NCBI GenBank assembly: GCA_902578495.1
Contig: CACHCY010000001.1
Coordinates: forward strand, 262,132-326,131
Length of the DNA stretch: 64,000 bases
Direction of reading: 5' to 3'
Origin: an uncultured SAR86 cluster bacterium
GTDB taxonomy: Bacteria > Pseudomonadota > Gammaproteobacteria > Magnimaribacterales > AG-339-G14
Positions 35,301 through 43,575 of this stretch are shown here, piece after piece. Numbering within the stretch: position 1 is the first letter of the stretch; each line of letters starts with the position of its first letter. A program made the position numbers and the translations under genes. The notes under the pieces are model-generated. The model saw only the letters and a list, made by a program, of their open reading frames with translations, had not been told where the DNA came from and searched no databases.

Positions 35301-36477
35301 AAAGATTTGTCGCTGCTTCTTTAGTTGGCGGCTCTCCAGGTCTCATCATTCTGTAGATCTCAGCTAAAGCTTCTAATTGTGAAGTAGTAGTATCAGACCT
35401 CAAAGTTTCTGAAATATAAGGCCCTGATTCAAGCTCATTAACGTATAGAACTTTAATTTCTTTCAGTTTCTGCTCATCAATAGCTTTTACAATTGTTTCA
35501 TCGATAACAGAATTACAGGATATGAGGAGCTCTCCTGTTTCTTTATTAATGATATCTTCAGCTGTGATTAATCCATTCAAGCCTTCAGAATCCAAAGATA
35601 TTGTTTTGATTTTATTGGAATCAATAAGCCTTATGTGTCTTGCAGTAATTCTTTGGCCTTTTTCAACGATAGTTTCTTTGCCGTCTTTATCCTTTATTTC
35701 AACTGGGGATATCCTTCCCATAAGTCTTCTTGAGTTGATTTTAAGAGAGAATCCTTGCGGGGTTACAGAATAAGTTTCCGATTCATAAAACGTTTCTAAT
35801 ATCTCCTGATTAGCCATTCCTAAAGCCTTAAGCAAAATTGAAGCTAAAAGCTTTCTTCTTCTGTCTATTCTTATGAAAACAAGATCTTTATGATCAAATT
35901 CAAAATCAAGCCAGGATCCTCTGTAAGGAATTACTCTTGAAGCGTAAAGCAATTTTCCTGAAGAATGTGTTTTACCTTTGTCATGATCGAAAATTAACCC
36001 AGGAGATCTGTGTAATTGAGAAACTACAACTCTTTCGACACCATTTATAACGAATGTTCCGTAAGTTGTCATTAAAGGTATGGTCCCCATGTAAACCTTC
36101 TCTTCTCGAGCAGATTTCAGAATTTCCTCTCCGGTAGCTTTATCCAAAAAAGAAATCCTACATATGATTCTCATGGTTGATTCATATGTAGTGCCTCTGG
36201 CAATACATTCGCTTACATCAAACTCTGGCTCATCAAGCTCATATCCCAGATATTCGATTTTTGCATTACCCGAAACACTGATTATAGGGAAAATAGAGTG
36301 AAATACTCCATGCAGACCCTGCTTTTGCCTTTCATCTGGTGAAAGGTGAGATTGTAGAAACTCCTTGTAAGAGTTTGTTTGAACTTCAAGAATGTCAGGA
36401 AAATCCATAACACTTGAAATTTTTTCAAAACTATTTCTTATTCTTTTCTTTTCAGCAAAACTATATTTAATTGGCAT
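32398..36477 (-). CDS. rpoB: RNA polymerase beta subunit
   Basis: [31 protein letters not shown]. Confidence 0.99.
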   Translation of the reverse strand: MPIKYSFAEKKRIRNSFEKISSVMDFPDILEVQTNSYKEFLQSHLSPDERQKQGLHGVFHSIFPIISVSGNAKIEYLGYELDEPEFDVSECIARGTTYESTMRIICRISFLDKATGEEILKSAREEKVYMGTIPLMTTYGTFVINGVERVVVSQLHRSPGLIFDHDKGKTHSSGKLLYASRVIPYRGSWLDFEFDHKDLVFIRIDRRRKLLASILLKALGMANQEILETFYESETYSVTPQGFSLKINSRRLMGRISPVEIKDKDGKETIVEKGQRITARHIRLIDSNKIKTISLDSEGLNGLITAEDIINKETGELLISCNSVIDETIVKAIDEQKLKEIKVLYVNELESGPYISETLRSDTTTSQLEALAEIYRMMRPGEPPTKEAATNLFENLFFNSEKYDLSDVGRMKFNRRLGREDLQGEGILSKEDIIDVTKTLVDIRNGKQDCDDIDHLGNRRIRSVGEMVSNQVRVGLLRVERAVRERLNVAEAEGFGPADLINAKPVTAAINEFFGSSQLSQFMDQNNPLAAITHKRRVSALGPGGLTRERAGFEVRDVHPSHYGRVCPIETPEGPNIGLINSLSVFAKVNNFGFIETPYRQVINGKVTEDIKYISAIEEGEFVIAQASALLDKNNKFVDELVPVRFKNEFELMSADRVELMDVSPQQVVSIAASLIPFLEHDDANRALMGSNMMRQAVPTLKTEAPLVGTGMERLIAKDSGDCVIAENKGTVEKVDSGRIVVRKDMKEISSTNSAVDIYNLTKYTRSNQNTCMNQRPIVKVGDKVTKGDILADGSSIDLGELALGQNIKIAFMPWHGYNFEDSILISDKLVKEDKLTSIHIQELTCTARDTKLGPDEITADIPNVGESALGKLDECGVVHIGAQVKAGDILVGKVTPKGETQLSPEEKLLRAIFGEKAADVKDTSLRVPSGADGTVIDVQIYTREGLEKNPRASVIESVSLAEIQKDLDEELEIVTNATINSLRSVLTGQKVISGRGISKGETISKEFLDNLASEEWFKLRLQSEDINDQLKDSKDNLKAYEKMLKNRFEAKKKKIVSGDDLPPGVQQVIKVYLAIKRRIQPGDKLAGRHGNKGVISVIMPVEDMPYDENGEPVDLVLNPLGVPSRMNVGQLLEVHLGSAAKGLGDEISKMLENYKDLKALRSFIDKIYVKSGMNQDISSLNDSEFLELCQNLKNGVPMATPVFDGAKEAEIKEMLKLANLPETGQTTLYDGRTGDKFDRSVTVGYMYMLKLNHLIEDKMHARSTGSYSLVTQQPLGGKAQFGGQRLGEMEVWALEAYGASHTLQEMLTVKSDDVYGRTKIYKNIVDGSYEMEAGIPESYNVLTKEIRSLAIDIDFEEV

Positions 36478-36498
36478 AAAAATTATATGTATTTAAAG

Positions 36499-36882
36499 TT
36501 ATTTAAGTTCGACAGTAGCTCCAGCTTCTTCTAATTGAGATTTAGCTTGTTCAGCTTCATCTTTATTGGCCCCTTCTTTTAATGATGAAGGTGCTCCATC
36601 AACAAGTGCTTTAGCTTCTTTTAGTCCAAGACCAGTAATGGTCCTAACAACTTTAATTACATCAATTTTCTTATCACCAACTTCAGCAAGGAAAATCTCG
36701 AATTCTGATTTTTCTTCTGCAGCTTCACCAGCTGCATCTCCTGCTGGAGCTGCTGCTACTGCTGCGACAGGTGCTGCGGCAGTGACTCCAAATTTGTCTT
36801 CCATAAGTTTAATTAGATCAACCATATCCATAACACTCATGTCGGATATTGCATCTAATATTTCTTCTTTTGATAGCGCCAT
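36499..36882 (-). CDS. rplL: 50S ribosomal protein L7/L12
   Basis: Ala-rich hinge and GLGLKEAK. Confidence 0.99.
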   Translation of the reverse strand: MALSKEEILDAISDMSVMDMVDLIKLMEDKFGVTAAAPVAAVAAAPAGDAAGEAAEEKSEFEIFLAEVGDKKIDVIKVVRTITGLGLKEAKALVDGAPSSLKEGANKDEAEQAKSQLEEAGATVELK

Positions 36883-36906
36883 TACTACTCCTTTTAAAGT
36901 TTAAAA

Positions 36907-37425
36907 TTAAGATTTAGTTTCTTTTATCGCATCCAAAGTTCTCACAAAGTTTGAAGGTAGATTCTGTAACCCGCCTGCAAATTTCTGAATTGGACTTTGT
37001 AGTACGCTCATTAACATAGAAATTGCTTCTTCCTTTGAGGGCAGTGAAGCTAGTCTGTCTAGCTCACTTGCATCTAAAAGGCCTTCTCCTACCGATAACC
37101 CTTTAACGCTAAAAGACTCATGAGACTTTGAAAAATCTTTTACGAGTTTTGCAGCACTTTTAAAGTCATCAAGAGAAAAAGCAAACAAACTAGGTCCGGT
37201 AAGAATTTCATTGATTGAATCAAACTTAGTACCTTCTAACGCTCTTTTAGCTAATGTATTCTTTATAACTCTAAGATATACAGAACTAGAAGAAGCATCT
37301 TTTCTTAACAATGTTAAGTCAGGCACGTTAGTACCTCTATAATCAATTACGACAGCTGACAAGGCTTCATCAGCTACCTTTTTCAACTCATCTACAACTA
37401 ATTTCTTTTCTTCTAAACGTGACAT
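36907..37425 (-). CDS. rplJ: 50S ribosomal protein L10
   Basis: DYRG, KNTLAKRA, LASLPSKEE. Confidence 0.98.
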   Translation of the reverse strand: MSRLEEKKLVVDELKKVADEALSAVVIDYRGTNVPDLTLLRKDASSSSVYLRVIKNTLAKRALEGTKFDSINEILTGPSLFAFSLDDFKSAAKLVKDFSKSHESFSVKGLSVGEGLLDASELDRLASLPSKEEAISMLMSVLQSPIQKFAGGLQNLPSNFVRTLDAIKETKS

Positions 37426-37487
37426 TAAATAAACCTCTCTTTTTTAAAGTGAGAGAACTTCCAACCAAGACCTAAAAGACTTGGTAC

Positions 37488-37546
37488 ATCTACGCATGAA
37501 ATTAAGTTTTTATGGCAGGAACCAAAAAACACATGCGGTCTAAGAC
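37488..37546 (-). promoter_or_regulatory. L10 leader (rplJL autoregulatory RNA)
   Basis: Minus strand AGACCGCATG...hairpin...TTAAT..CATGCGTAGA, matching the L10-leader pattern AGACnGYAGG..TTAA..CCTRCGYAGA, in the rplA-rplJ spacer. Confidence 0.8.
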
Positions 37547-37606
37547 AATCGCGAAAACGCAAATGCTTATTTAAATGTTCTGGATCGCGCATCATACAGG
37601 AAAAAA

Positions 37607-38302
37607 TCAGAAATTGAGAGAGGAAATATCAATTTCTAATCCAGGTCCCATAGTTGATGACATCGAAACTTTTGAAATAAAAACTCCTTTGGATGATGGA
37701 GGTTTTGATTTTTTTAAATCAGATAATAAATATTGTAAATTACTTTTTATTTCTTCCTTGCTTTGAGTTATTTGGCCTATTCTACAGTGAACAATTCCCT
37801 GTTTATCTGACTTAAATCTTACCTGACCAGCCTTAGCATTTTTTACCGCAACCGAAACATCTTTTGTTACCGTTTCGGACTTAGGATTAGGCATTAATCC
37901 TTTGGGTCCCAAAATTTGACCCAATGGACTTACAACTTTCATCGTATCTGGAGTAGCAACTATGACATCATAGTCTATTTCCCCGGATTTCATTTCATCA
38001 GCGAGATCTTCCATGCCCACTTTATCTGCTCCAGCTTCAAGAGCACTTTTAGCCTCTTCACCCTCTGCAAAGACAGCAACCTTATATGAACGGCCAGTGC
38101 CATGAGGGAGATTAGATGCTCCCCTAACGTTTTGATCTGACTTCGATGGATCCACTCCTAGGTTAATACTCACATCAACTGACTCAGTAAATTTTTCAGA
38201 CTTATGTTCAAACAAAATATCTAAAGCTTCTTCCAAATTATAGGACGATGCTTCTACTAACTTTTCTCTTAAAGGTTTATTTTTCTTAGATGTTTTAGCC
38301 AT
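37607..38302 (-). CDS. rplA: 50S ribosomal protein L1
   Basis: DQNVRG, LPHGTG, LGPKGLMPNPK, STMGPG. Confidence 0.99.
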   Translation of the reverse strand: MAKTSKKNKPLREKLVEASSYNLEEALDILFEHKSEKFTESVDVSINLGVDPSKSDQNVRGASNLPHGTGRSYKVAVFAEGEEAKSALEAGADKVGMEDLADEMKSGEIDYDVIVATPDTMKVVSPLGQILGPKGLMPNPKSETVTKDVSVAVKNAKAGQVRFKSDKQGIVHCRIGQITQSKEEIKSNLQYLLSDLKKSKPPSSKGVFISKVSMSSTMGPGLEIDISSLNF

Positions 38303-38733
38303 TAATCTATTACCTCTATTCCCATGCTTCTGGCACTTCCAGAAATAATTTTTACTGCAGCATCCATATCAGCAGCGTTGAGATCCTGCATTTTCTTTTC
38401 TGCTATTTCCTCAACTTGAGCCCTAGTTACTTTTCCTACTTTTAATGAGTTTGGCGTAGGGCTACCCTTATCAAGTCCAGCAGCCTTTTTTAGGAGAATG
38501 CTTGCAGGAGTTGTCTTTACTATAAAATCAAAACTTTTGTCTTCGTAAACTGTTATAACAACAGGCACGGGAACATTCTTTTCCATATCGTTAGTCTTAG
38601 AATTAAATGCATTACAAAAGTCCATCAAGTTTACACCGTGTTGGCCCAGTGCAGGTCCAACAGGAGGGCTTGGAGAGGCAGCGCCAGCAGGTACTTGGAG
38701 TTTAATATATGTATCTATCTTTTTGTCTGCCAT
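38302..38733 (-). CDS. rplK: 50S ribosomal protein L11
   Basis: [11 protein letters not shown] and GSARSMG. Confidence 0.99.
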   Translation of the reverse strand: MADKKIDTYIKLQVPAGAASPSPPVGPALGQHGVNLMDFCNAFNSKTNDMEKNVPVPVVITVYEDKSFDFIVKTTPASILLKKAAGLDKGSPTPNSLKVGKVTRAQVEEIAEKKMQDLNAADMDAAVKIISGSARSMGIEVID

Positions 38734-39266
38734 TATGCTCTCTCAATTTGATTGAAATCTAACTCGACCGGAGTTGATCTTCCAAAGATCATCACCGCTA
38801 CTTTTACTTTTCCTTTTTCTGAATCGACTTCTTCAATCACGCCACTAAAATCATTAAAGGGTCCATCAATAACTCTAATCATTTCACCGGCTTCGTAAAT
38901 ATTTTGCTGTGAAGTGGTTTCAACTCCAGATTCTATTTGGTTTAAAATTCTGTTTGCTTCGTTTTCTGAAATTGGTCTCGGATTGGTTTTAGTGCCTCCG
39001 ATGAAACCCAAAACCCTTGGAGTCTCTTTGACAAGATGCCATGTATCATCATTCATTTCCATCTCAACCAAAATGTAACCTGGGAAAAATTTCTTTTGTG
39101 TAGTTTTTTCCTTTCCTCCTTTCATTTCAGTTATTTCTTCGGAAGGCACTTCTATCTTTCCAAAAAAATCCTCCATGCCGTTGAGGGTTATTCTTTCTAA
39201 AAGCTGCTCTTTGGCCTTATTTTCATATCCAGAATAAGAATTAAGAACATACCAAGATTTCGACAT
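38733..39266 (-). CDS. nusG: Transcription factor NusG
   Basis: [18 protein letters not shown] motif [18 protein letters not shown]. Confidence 0.99.
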   Translation of the reverse strand: MSKSWYVLNSYSGYENKAKEQLLERITLNGMEDFFGKIEVPSEEITEMKGGKEKTTQKKFFPGYILVEMEMNDDTWHLVKETPRVLGFIGGTKTNPRPISENEANRILNQIESGVETTSQQNIYEAGEMIRVIDGPFNDFSGVIEEVDSEKGKVKVAVMIFGRSTPVELDFNQIERA

Positions 39267-39269
39267 TAT

Positions 39270-39617
39270 CTACCCCAATAATAAATTTAATCCGAAAGAA
39301 AAGAGAGAATCCAAGCCCCATAACAACAATGAAGCAACAATTACTGCAGCTAAAACAATAAGAGTTGTTTGAGTCGTCTCAGTTCTATTGGGCCAGACTA
39401 CTTTTCTAATTTCAGTTAGAGAAGTAATAATTAAGTTGTATGCGGAATTGCCGAAAATTGTGAATCTAATTATTGCTAAACCCAAAATCAATAGAGCAAT
39501 CACAATCAAGGTTCTGTATAAAAGAGCTACTTCAGAGTAATAAGAATTCCCCCAGACAGCAATCAGGATAACTGCTGAGCCAAGGATCCATAAAATTTTA
39601 CTGCTAACTGAAGTCAT
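39270..39617 (-). CDS. secE: Preprotein translocase subunit SecE
   Basis: EIRKVVWP motif, three hydrophobic segments, synteny. Confidence 0.97.
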   Translation of the reverse strand: MTSVSSKILWILGSAVILIAVWGNSYYSEVALLYRTLIVIALLILGLAIIRFTIFGNSAYNLIITSLTEIRKVVWPNRTETTQTTLIVLAAVIVASLLLWGLDSLFSFGLNLLLG

Positions 39618-39643
39618 ATTGTTTTATCTTATATCCATCTCCG

Positions 39644-39719
39644 TGGCAGGCCAGGAGGGAATCGAACCCCCAACCTGCGGTTTTGGAGACCGCCGCTCTA
39701 CCAATTGAGCTACTGGCCT
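39644..39719 (-). tRNA. tRNA-Trp (CCA)
   Basis: AGGCCAG acceptor pairs with CTGGCCT-G-CCA; anticodon loop CTCCAAA; TTCGA loop; 76 nt. Confidence 0.97.
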
Positions 39720-40911
39720 ATTGAACGATTTTGGATACTACTCCGGAACCAACAGTTCTGCCACCTTCTCTGATAGCAAAACGCATTCCTTCTTCCATGG
39801 CGATTGGTGATATCAATTCAACATTAATTGCCACATCATCACCTGGCATAACCATCTCAACTCCATCAGGAAGAATGACTTCACCAGTCACGTCGGTTGT
39901 CCTTACATAAAACTGCGGTCTATAACCTTTAAAGAAAGGAGTATGTCTGCCACCTTCTTCTTTATTTAATACATAGACTTGAGCTTCAAACTTAGTGTGA
40001 GGAGTTATTGAACCAGGCTTAGACAGTACCTGACCTCTTTCAACTTCTTCTCTTTTTGTACCTCTTAGAAGAACTCCAACATTTTCACCAGCACGACCTT
40101 CATCAAGAAGTTTTCTGAACATCTCTACACCAGTGCAAGTAGTTTTTTCTGTGTCTTTTATTCCAACAATTTCCATCTCATCATTGACAGAAACCATACC
40201 TCTTTCAATTCTTCCAGTAACAACAGTTCCTCTTCCTTGAATTGAAAAGATATCTTCAATAGGCATTAAGAAAGGTTTATCTAGATCTCTAACTGGCTCA
40301 GGAATGTTGCTGTCCAATGACTCAACCAATTTAAGAATAGCTTCTTTTCCGTGCTCGCCTTCATCGCCTTCTAGAGCCTTTAAAGCAGACCCAATGGTTA
40401 TAGGAGTGTCATCCCCAGGGAAATCATACTCATTTAAAAGGTCTCGGATTTCTACTTCTACTAACTCAATTAACTCAGCATCATCTACCTGATCAGCTTT
40501 GTTTAAGAAGACTACGATGTGCTCAACACCTACCTGTCTTGCTAATAAGATGTGTTCTCTAGTTTGAGGCATGGGTCCATCTGCGGCATTTACAACCAAT
40601 ATAGCTCCATCCATTTGGGCTGCACCAGTAATCATGTTTTTTACATAGTCAGCGTGTCCTGGACAATCTACGTGTGCGTAGTGTCTTGCTGGAGAATCAT
40701 ATTCAACGTGTGATGTTGCTATGGTTATACCTCTTTCTTTTTCTTCAGGAGCATTATCGATCCCTTCAAAAGCTACAGCTTCACCTGAACCATGAGCCTC
40801 TGCACAAACTTTTGTTAAAGCAGCAGTCAAGGTAGTTTTACCGTGGTCCACGTGACCGATAGTGCCCACATTTACGTGTGGTTTGGTTCTTTCAAATTTT
40901 TCTTTAGCCAT
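39718..40911 (-). CDS. tuf: Elongation factor Tu
   Basis: [31 protein letters not shown]. Confidence 0.99.
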   Translation of the reverse strand: MAKEKFERTKPHVNVGTIGHVDHGKTTLTAALTKVCAEAHGSGEAVAFEGIDNAPEEKERGITIATSHVEYDSPARHYAHVDCPGHADYVKNMITGAAQMDGAILVVNAADGPMPQTREHILLARQVGVEHIVVFLNKADQVDDAELIELVEVEIRDLLNEYDFPGDDTPITIGSALKALEGDEGEHGKEAILKLVESLDSNIPEPVRDLDKPFLMPIEDIFSIQGRGTVVTGRIERGMVSVNDEMEIVGIKDTEKTTCTGVEMFRKLLDEGRAGENVGVLLRGTKREEVERGQVLSKPGSITPHTKFEAQVYVLNKEEGGRHTPFFKGYRPQFYVRTTDVTGEVILPDGVEMVMPGDDVAINVELISPIAMEEGMRFAIREGGRTVGSGVVSKIVQ

Positions 40912-40939
40912 TGTCTATCCTCTTAAAAAATGTACTGTC

Positions 40940-41015
<76 letters not shown>

Positions 41016-41107
41016 ATAAATGTTCATAAATTCCGGATCAAAAAAGGATATATTCTTGTTAAAAATACAATCAAATATCCTAGACCATTCGCTCCGGTGG
41101 CATTTAT
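41016..41107. other. Structured intergenic element (three nested inverted repeats), candidate ncRNA
   Basis: ATAAATG/CATTTAT, CCGGA/TCCGG and AGGATAT/ATATCCT nest into one long stem-loop; not a tRNA. Confidence 0.45.
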
Positions 41108-41138
41108 ACTGTTTTCTTGTCATAAAGGCAAGAATTTC

Positions 41139-41222
41139 TGGTGGAGGGGGCAGGATTCGAACCTGCGAAGCCGAAGCGGCTGATTTACAGTCAGCTGGGT
41201 TTGACCGCTCCCCAACCCCTCC
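41139..41222 (-). tRNA. tRNA-Tyr (GTA)
   Basis: GGAGGGG acceptor pairs with CCCCTCC-A-CCA; anticodon loop CTGTAAA; long variable arm; 84 nt. Confidence 0.96.
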
Positions 41223-41236
41223 AGTCAGAGCGTGGT

Positions 41237-41265
41237 ATTCTCGGAGTCATGATAGAAGTTGTCAA
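41237..41265 (-). promoter_or_regulatory. Putative sigma70 promoter of the tRNA-tuf operon (overlaps birA start)
   Basis: Minus strand TTGACA (41265-41260), 17 nt, GAGAAT (41242-41237), then GC-rich ACCACGC, 14 nt before tRNA-Tyr. Confidence 0.65.
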
Positions 41266-42046
41266 CAAAAATCCTTTAGATAAAGAAAAAATATTATCAA
41301 AACTTAGTAATGAATTTAGATCAAAAGTTGTTCTAGAGGTATTCGATACCATTAGTTCTACGAATGACTACCTTTTAAGAAAAGAAAAAAATAAAAATAA
41401 AGATATAAAAATATGCATTGCAGAAGAGCAAACTAAAGGTAGAGGACGAAGAGGTAAATCGTGGATTAGTCCTAAATTTAAAAATATATATTTTTCCCTG
41501 AACTCATATTTGAAAAAAGAAGATTTATCTGGACTCAGCATAGCAGTAGCTTTATCAGTATCTAAAGTCCTTACTAAAATAAATGTGATGTCTTTGATCA
41601 AGTGGCCTAATGACCTTCTTGTAGGAAATAAAAAAATTTGTGGAATTTTGATAGAAACGGCAAAAGTAGGTGAATTGACCAAAGTAGTTATTGGCATAGG
41701 AATCAATGTAAACATGGAATATTCAGAGCTTATAGATCAAGAGTGGACCTCAATAAAATTAGAAAAGAAACAATCAGTAGATAGAAACTCAATCATTACA
41801 GAAATGATTAATCAATTATGCATAACCTTAAATAAGTTTGAGCAAGAAGAGTTTGATTACTTCATTAACAAATTTACATCTTTAGATTTGTTAAAAGACA
41901 AGCAATTTACTCTGAAAGATAAACCTAATGAAACATTCATTGGAAAAGGAATAGATAATAAAGGCCTCTTAATCGCTCAAAATTTGAAGGATCAAAGGAT
42001 AGTGAAATTTAGTTCCGGAGAAGTATCTTTAAAATTAAAGAAATGA
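41249..42046 (+). CDS. birA: Biotin-protein ligase without the HTH repressor domain
   Basis: SSTNDY, QTKGRGRRGKSW, IKWPNDL, KKICGILIE, GIGIN; true start at ATG 41249, since the ORF-track extension is antisense tRNA-Tyr. Confidence 0.95.
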   Translation: MIEVVNKNPLDKEKILSKLSNEFRSKVVLEVFDTISSTNDYLLRKEKNKNKDIKICIAEEQTKGRGRRGKSWISPKFKNIYFSLNSYLKKEDLSGLSIAVALSVSKVLTKINVMSLIKWPNDLLVGNKKICGILIETAKVGELTKVVIGIGINVNMEYSELIDQEWTSIKLEKKQSVDRNSIITEMINQLCITLNKFEQEEFDYFINKFTSLDLLKDKQFTLKDKPNETFIGKGIDNKGLLIAQNLKDQRIVKFSSGEVSLKLKK

Positions 42047-42065
42047 GTTTATAATTCTTGTCGTT

Positions 42066-42141
42066 GCTGGCGTAGCTCAGTTGGTAGAGCTCCTGATTTG
42101 TAATCAGGCGGTCGTAGGTTCGACTCCTATCGCCAGCTCCA
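42066..42141 (+). tRNA. tRNA-Thr (TGT)
   Basis: GCTGGCG acceptor pairs with CGCCAGC-T-CCA; anticodon loop TTTGTAA; TATAAT at 42050-42055 upstream. Confidence 0.97.
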
Positions 42142-42607
42142 CTTTGGAGACTAAGACTCCCGTTGAATCTCCATAGACCCAATCATTTGAATTTATTATC
42201 AACCCGTCTATTTCAATAGGGGCATCAATGGAACCTCTATCTTTTTTTTCACTTTTTTTAGGAACAGAGCCAAGGGCAAAAATTCCCATATCGATTGTTT
42301 TCAAGACATCTACATCCCTAACGCAGCCGAGGATAATTATTCCATTCCAATTATTTTTACAAGCATTTTCAGCAATCATGTCTCCCAAGAGGGCAACCTC
42401 AAAACTTTTATTTCCATCGACAAAAAGAACTCCTCCCTGCCCTTCTGTTGCTAATATTTTTTTAACAAAAGAATTATCGTTTGGAGCATGAACTGTTTTT
42501 ATAGGCCCGTAAAGAAAATCTCTAGCTCCATACGAATTAAATTGTAAGCCAACGAATGGAACGCTGGGATTAAGATCGCTAAGGTCTGGAGTTGAAATTT
42601 TTTGCAT
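42104..42607 (-). CDS. rraA: RraA family protein (RNase E regulator / HMG-aldolase-like)
   Basis: TPDLSD, DNSFVK, VLFVDG, ALLGDMIA, GCVRD, GDSTGVLV. Confidence 0.9.
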   Translation of the reverse strand: MQKISTPDLSDLNPSVPFVGLQFNSYGARDFLYGPIKTVHAPNDNSFVKKILATEGQGGVLFVDGNKSFEVALLGDMIAENACKNNWNGIIILGCVRDVDVLKTIDMGIFALGSVPKKSEKKDRGSIDAPIEIDGLIINSNDWVYGDSTGVLVSKVELAIGVEPTTA

Positions 42608-42609
42608 TT

Positions 42610-43539
42610 CTAAAGATTATTTAAAATTGGTTTATAAGTCGATCCTTTTTCAAACTCATCCATTATTTTGGATATTTGTTTAATTGATTTGGACGCATCC
42701 TCAACGGTAAAACCCTTTCCTTCGAGAATTGATTCATAACTCTTGGTATGCAAATCTTGGAATCCTCCAGTAAATTCAAATTCATCTCCGTTTATGGTGA
42801 AGGATCGATACAGAACTTCCTCTTGTCCCATTTCTTTAAGTTTTTCTTTGGATAAAACATTGATCATTATTAAAACTTTCGCGTTTTCATGTTCGATAAG
42901 AACGTTAGCTTGATTGAGAGATAACTTGTTGACATTGAAATTTGAAACTTGGCCAAAAATATCAATCAAGATATCCAGATAATGAATACCAAACTCGAAA
43001 AGAATCCCTCCTGATTTATTTTCACTTCCTCTCCAGGAAGAAAAAAACTCTGAACCTCTTGTCGTAGCATATATCAGGATGACTTCATGTTTTTCTTCTG
43101 ACTTTTGTGAGGTTATATTTTGTTTCAATTGAATTATTGATTCATGAAATCTTAATTGCATAATTGTAAAAACCTTAGCAGCAGAAACGGATTCAGATTT
43201 TCTAATCCTGTCTAAGTCTGAAATAGATAAAGCGAGGGGCTTTTCACAAATCACATTGATATCATTTTCCAAGCAAGTAATTATTTGATCAGTATGTAAG
43301 TGATTTGGAGTGCAGATTGAAATATAGTCTAAGTTATCTTTATGATGGAATTTGATCATTTCCTCAAGACTATCAAGGGTTTCTATGTTCTTAGAAAGGA
43401 ATTCTTTTTTTTGGGCTGAGTTAAAATCCAAATCACTGACACATTTTAGATCTGCACCAATATTATTGATTGCTTGAATATGGCGAGGAGCTATGTACCC
43501 TAGTGCTCCCAATAATCCAAATTTGAGCTTATTACCCAT
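42610..43539 (-). CDS. Gfo/Idh/MocA oxidoreductase, WbpB/WlbA-like
   Basis: GALGYIAPRH, ICTPNHLH, ICEKP, KSGG, EFTGGFQDLHTKSY. Confidence 0.85.
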   Translation of the reverse strand: MGNKLKFGLLGALGYIAPRHIQAINNIGADLKCVSDLDFNSAQKKEFLSKNIETLDSLEEMIKFHHKDNLDYISICTPNHLHTDQIITCLENDINVICEKPLALSISDLDRIRKSESVSAAKVFTIMQLRFHESIIQLKQNITSQKSEEKHEVILIYATTRGSEFFSSWRGSENKSGGILFEFGIHYLDILIDIFGQVSNFNVNKLSLNQANVLIEHENAKVLIMINVLSKEKLKEMGQEEVLYRSFTINGDEFEFTGGFQDLHTKSYESILEGKGFTVEDASKSIKQISKIMDEFEKGSTYKPILNNL

Positions 43540-43575
43540 TGAAAAAGTATACTTGAGTAACTCATTGAGACATAA

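Noticed and set aside
28375-36904. Long plus-strand ORFs (up to 197 aa) antisense to rpoC, rpoB and rplL
   Set aside because: Ser/Ile-rich mirror-frame ORFs expected opposite codon-biased genes; no independent coding signal.
37575-37766. 63-aa plus-strand ORF at the end of rplA
   Set aside because: Antisense to rplA and its downstream spacer; no support.
41016-41138. Degenerate tRNA-Gly, 5S rRNA or SRP RNA in the tRNA spacer
   Set aside because: No TTC T-loop, cloverleaf or CCA end, no SRP GGAA/GCAG motif and no 5S signature; kept only as an unknown structured element.
41141-41248. 36-aa N-terminal extension of BirA in the ORF track (MEGAGFEPAK...)
   Set aside because: It is the reverse complement of tRNA-Tyr, a classic false translation; ATG 41249 is the plausible start.
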